Part shown: positions 63,454-64,000 of the stretch, piece by piece
Layout: the number at the start of each line of letters is the position of its first letter
Position numbering within the stretch: the stretch's first letter is position 1
NCBI GenBank assembly: GCA_043228905.1
Contig: JBHGNT010000001.1
Coordinates: 19,344,001-19,408,000 of the forward strand
From: Azolla caroliniana
Lineage: Eukaryota > Plantae > Polypodiophyta
Length of the DNA stretch: 64,000 nucleotides
Direction of reading: 5' to 3'
Made by a program: the position numbers and the translations under genes
Notes under the pieces: generated by a model
The model's input: only the letters and a program-made list of their open reading frames with translations
Told to the model about the DNA's origin: nothing
Database searches by the model: none

Positions 63454-64000
63454 TCATGACAACTAGGTCCATCTGGATTTCTTTCATCTTCTCTTGCTGC
63501 CGGTCATATGCCGACCGAAGCTTCTTGTGTTCGACGTCTACTTGCTTTTGGTCTTGGTGCAACTTTGCGAAATCCTCCGTTTTCTGTTTAAGGCATAGGT
63601 TGATTTGAGAGTGTGCCCGATCCTCCCGATCCTTCTACTACCGGATTTCTTCGTTCCGCCGCTCTATTTCCGTTTCCGCCATTCTCCGGAGCTTATCCTT
63701 TTCTTGCAAAAGTGTTTCTCTTTCCTCCTTCAACCGGTCATTATGTGCGTGACGTTTTCGGAGATTTTCCTCTAGTCTCTACTTCTCTTCCTCGGATGTT
63801 TGCTTCTATGCTCTCTCTCATTCTCGCAATGCTTCATGAGTGGGGAGTTCTTCCCTTAAGGTTAATAATTCCTTTTCTCGCTCTACGACTTTTTCTGGGG
63901 TTGTACTCACTACCGGTTGTGCCTCTGTTCCCGGAGCTTCCTTTTGTAGAGTAGTCGGTGGCACGGACTCCATTACTGCGCTTGTAGTTTGCCCCTTGTT

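Larger units (their letters stand above)
58661..63461 (-). mobile_element. Chromovirus L (Tcn1/Tf1-like Ty3/gypsy), full length, decayed
   Basis: LTRs 58661-59102 and 63022-63461; TSD GCTAG/ACTAG; gag 62198-62926, ALLDSGA protease, RT 60635-61306 (RNase H largely deleted), INT, chromodomain [11 protein letters not shown]...YLVDWLGY...TWEP. Confidence 0.92.
57261..64000 (-). mobile_element. 3' part of an LTR element with a coiled-coil ORF before its PPT, interrupted by chromovirus L
   Basis: PPT gaaagagaagtggggga at ~57641-57657; LTR-like block 57261-57637; K/E/Q-rich reading frame 57656-58660 resumes after the TSD at 63462. Confidence 0.55.

Overview
Gene-free, plant-type (probably non-seed land plant; inference) heterochromatic window built almost entirely of nested, mostly decayed LTR retrotransposons. 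It holds several Ty1/copia families with tRNA-iMet PBS, Ty3/gypsy elements with a tRNA-Trp PBS, and Tcn1/Tf1-like chromoviruses. No host gene, rRNA, intact tRNA or CRISPR is supported. The stand-out object is a 3619-bp non-LTR insert at 13882-17500, four levels deep in the nest (gypsy > copia > copia > insert). It is an endonuclease-deficient Penelope-like retroelement (Coprina/Athena-type RT, no GIY-YIG). It has a Pro/His-rich ORF1 joined to an intact RT by a textbook -1 frameshift signal (A AAA AAT plus a stem-loop), five 40-bp 3' repeats and a minimal type I hammerhead ribozyme. It is flanked by a 982-bp direct duplication of the host copia sequence, with no telomeric repeats at either junction. 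Other points: a Tf1-like self-priming PBS and tRNA-like A/B boxes in a chromovirus LTR, gag-only tRNA-Trp elements that both end at the same site, a conserved C-terminal extension after copia RNase H, and a very young copia with one stop codon in integrase. All alignments and counts were done by eye; family names are inferred from motifs, not database searches.
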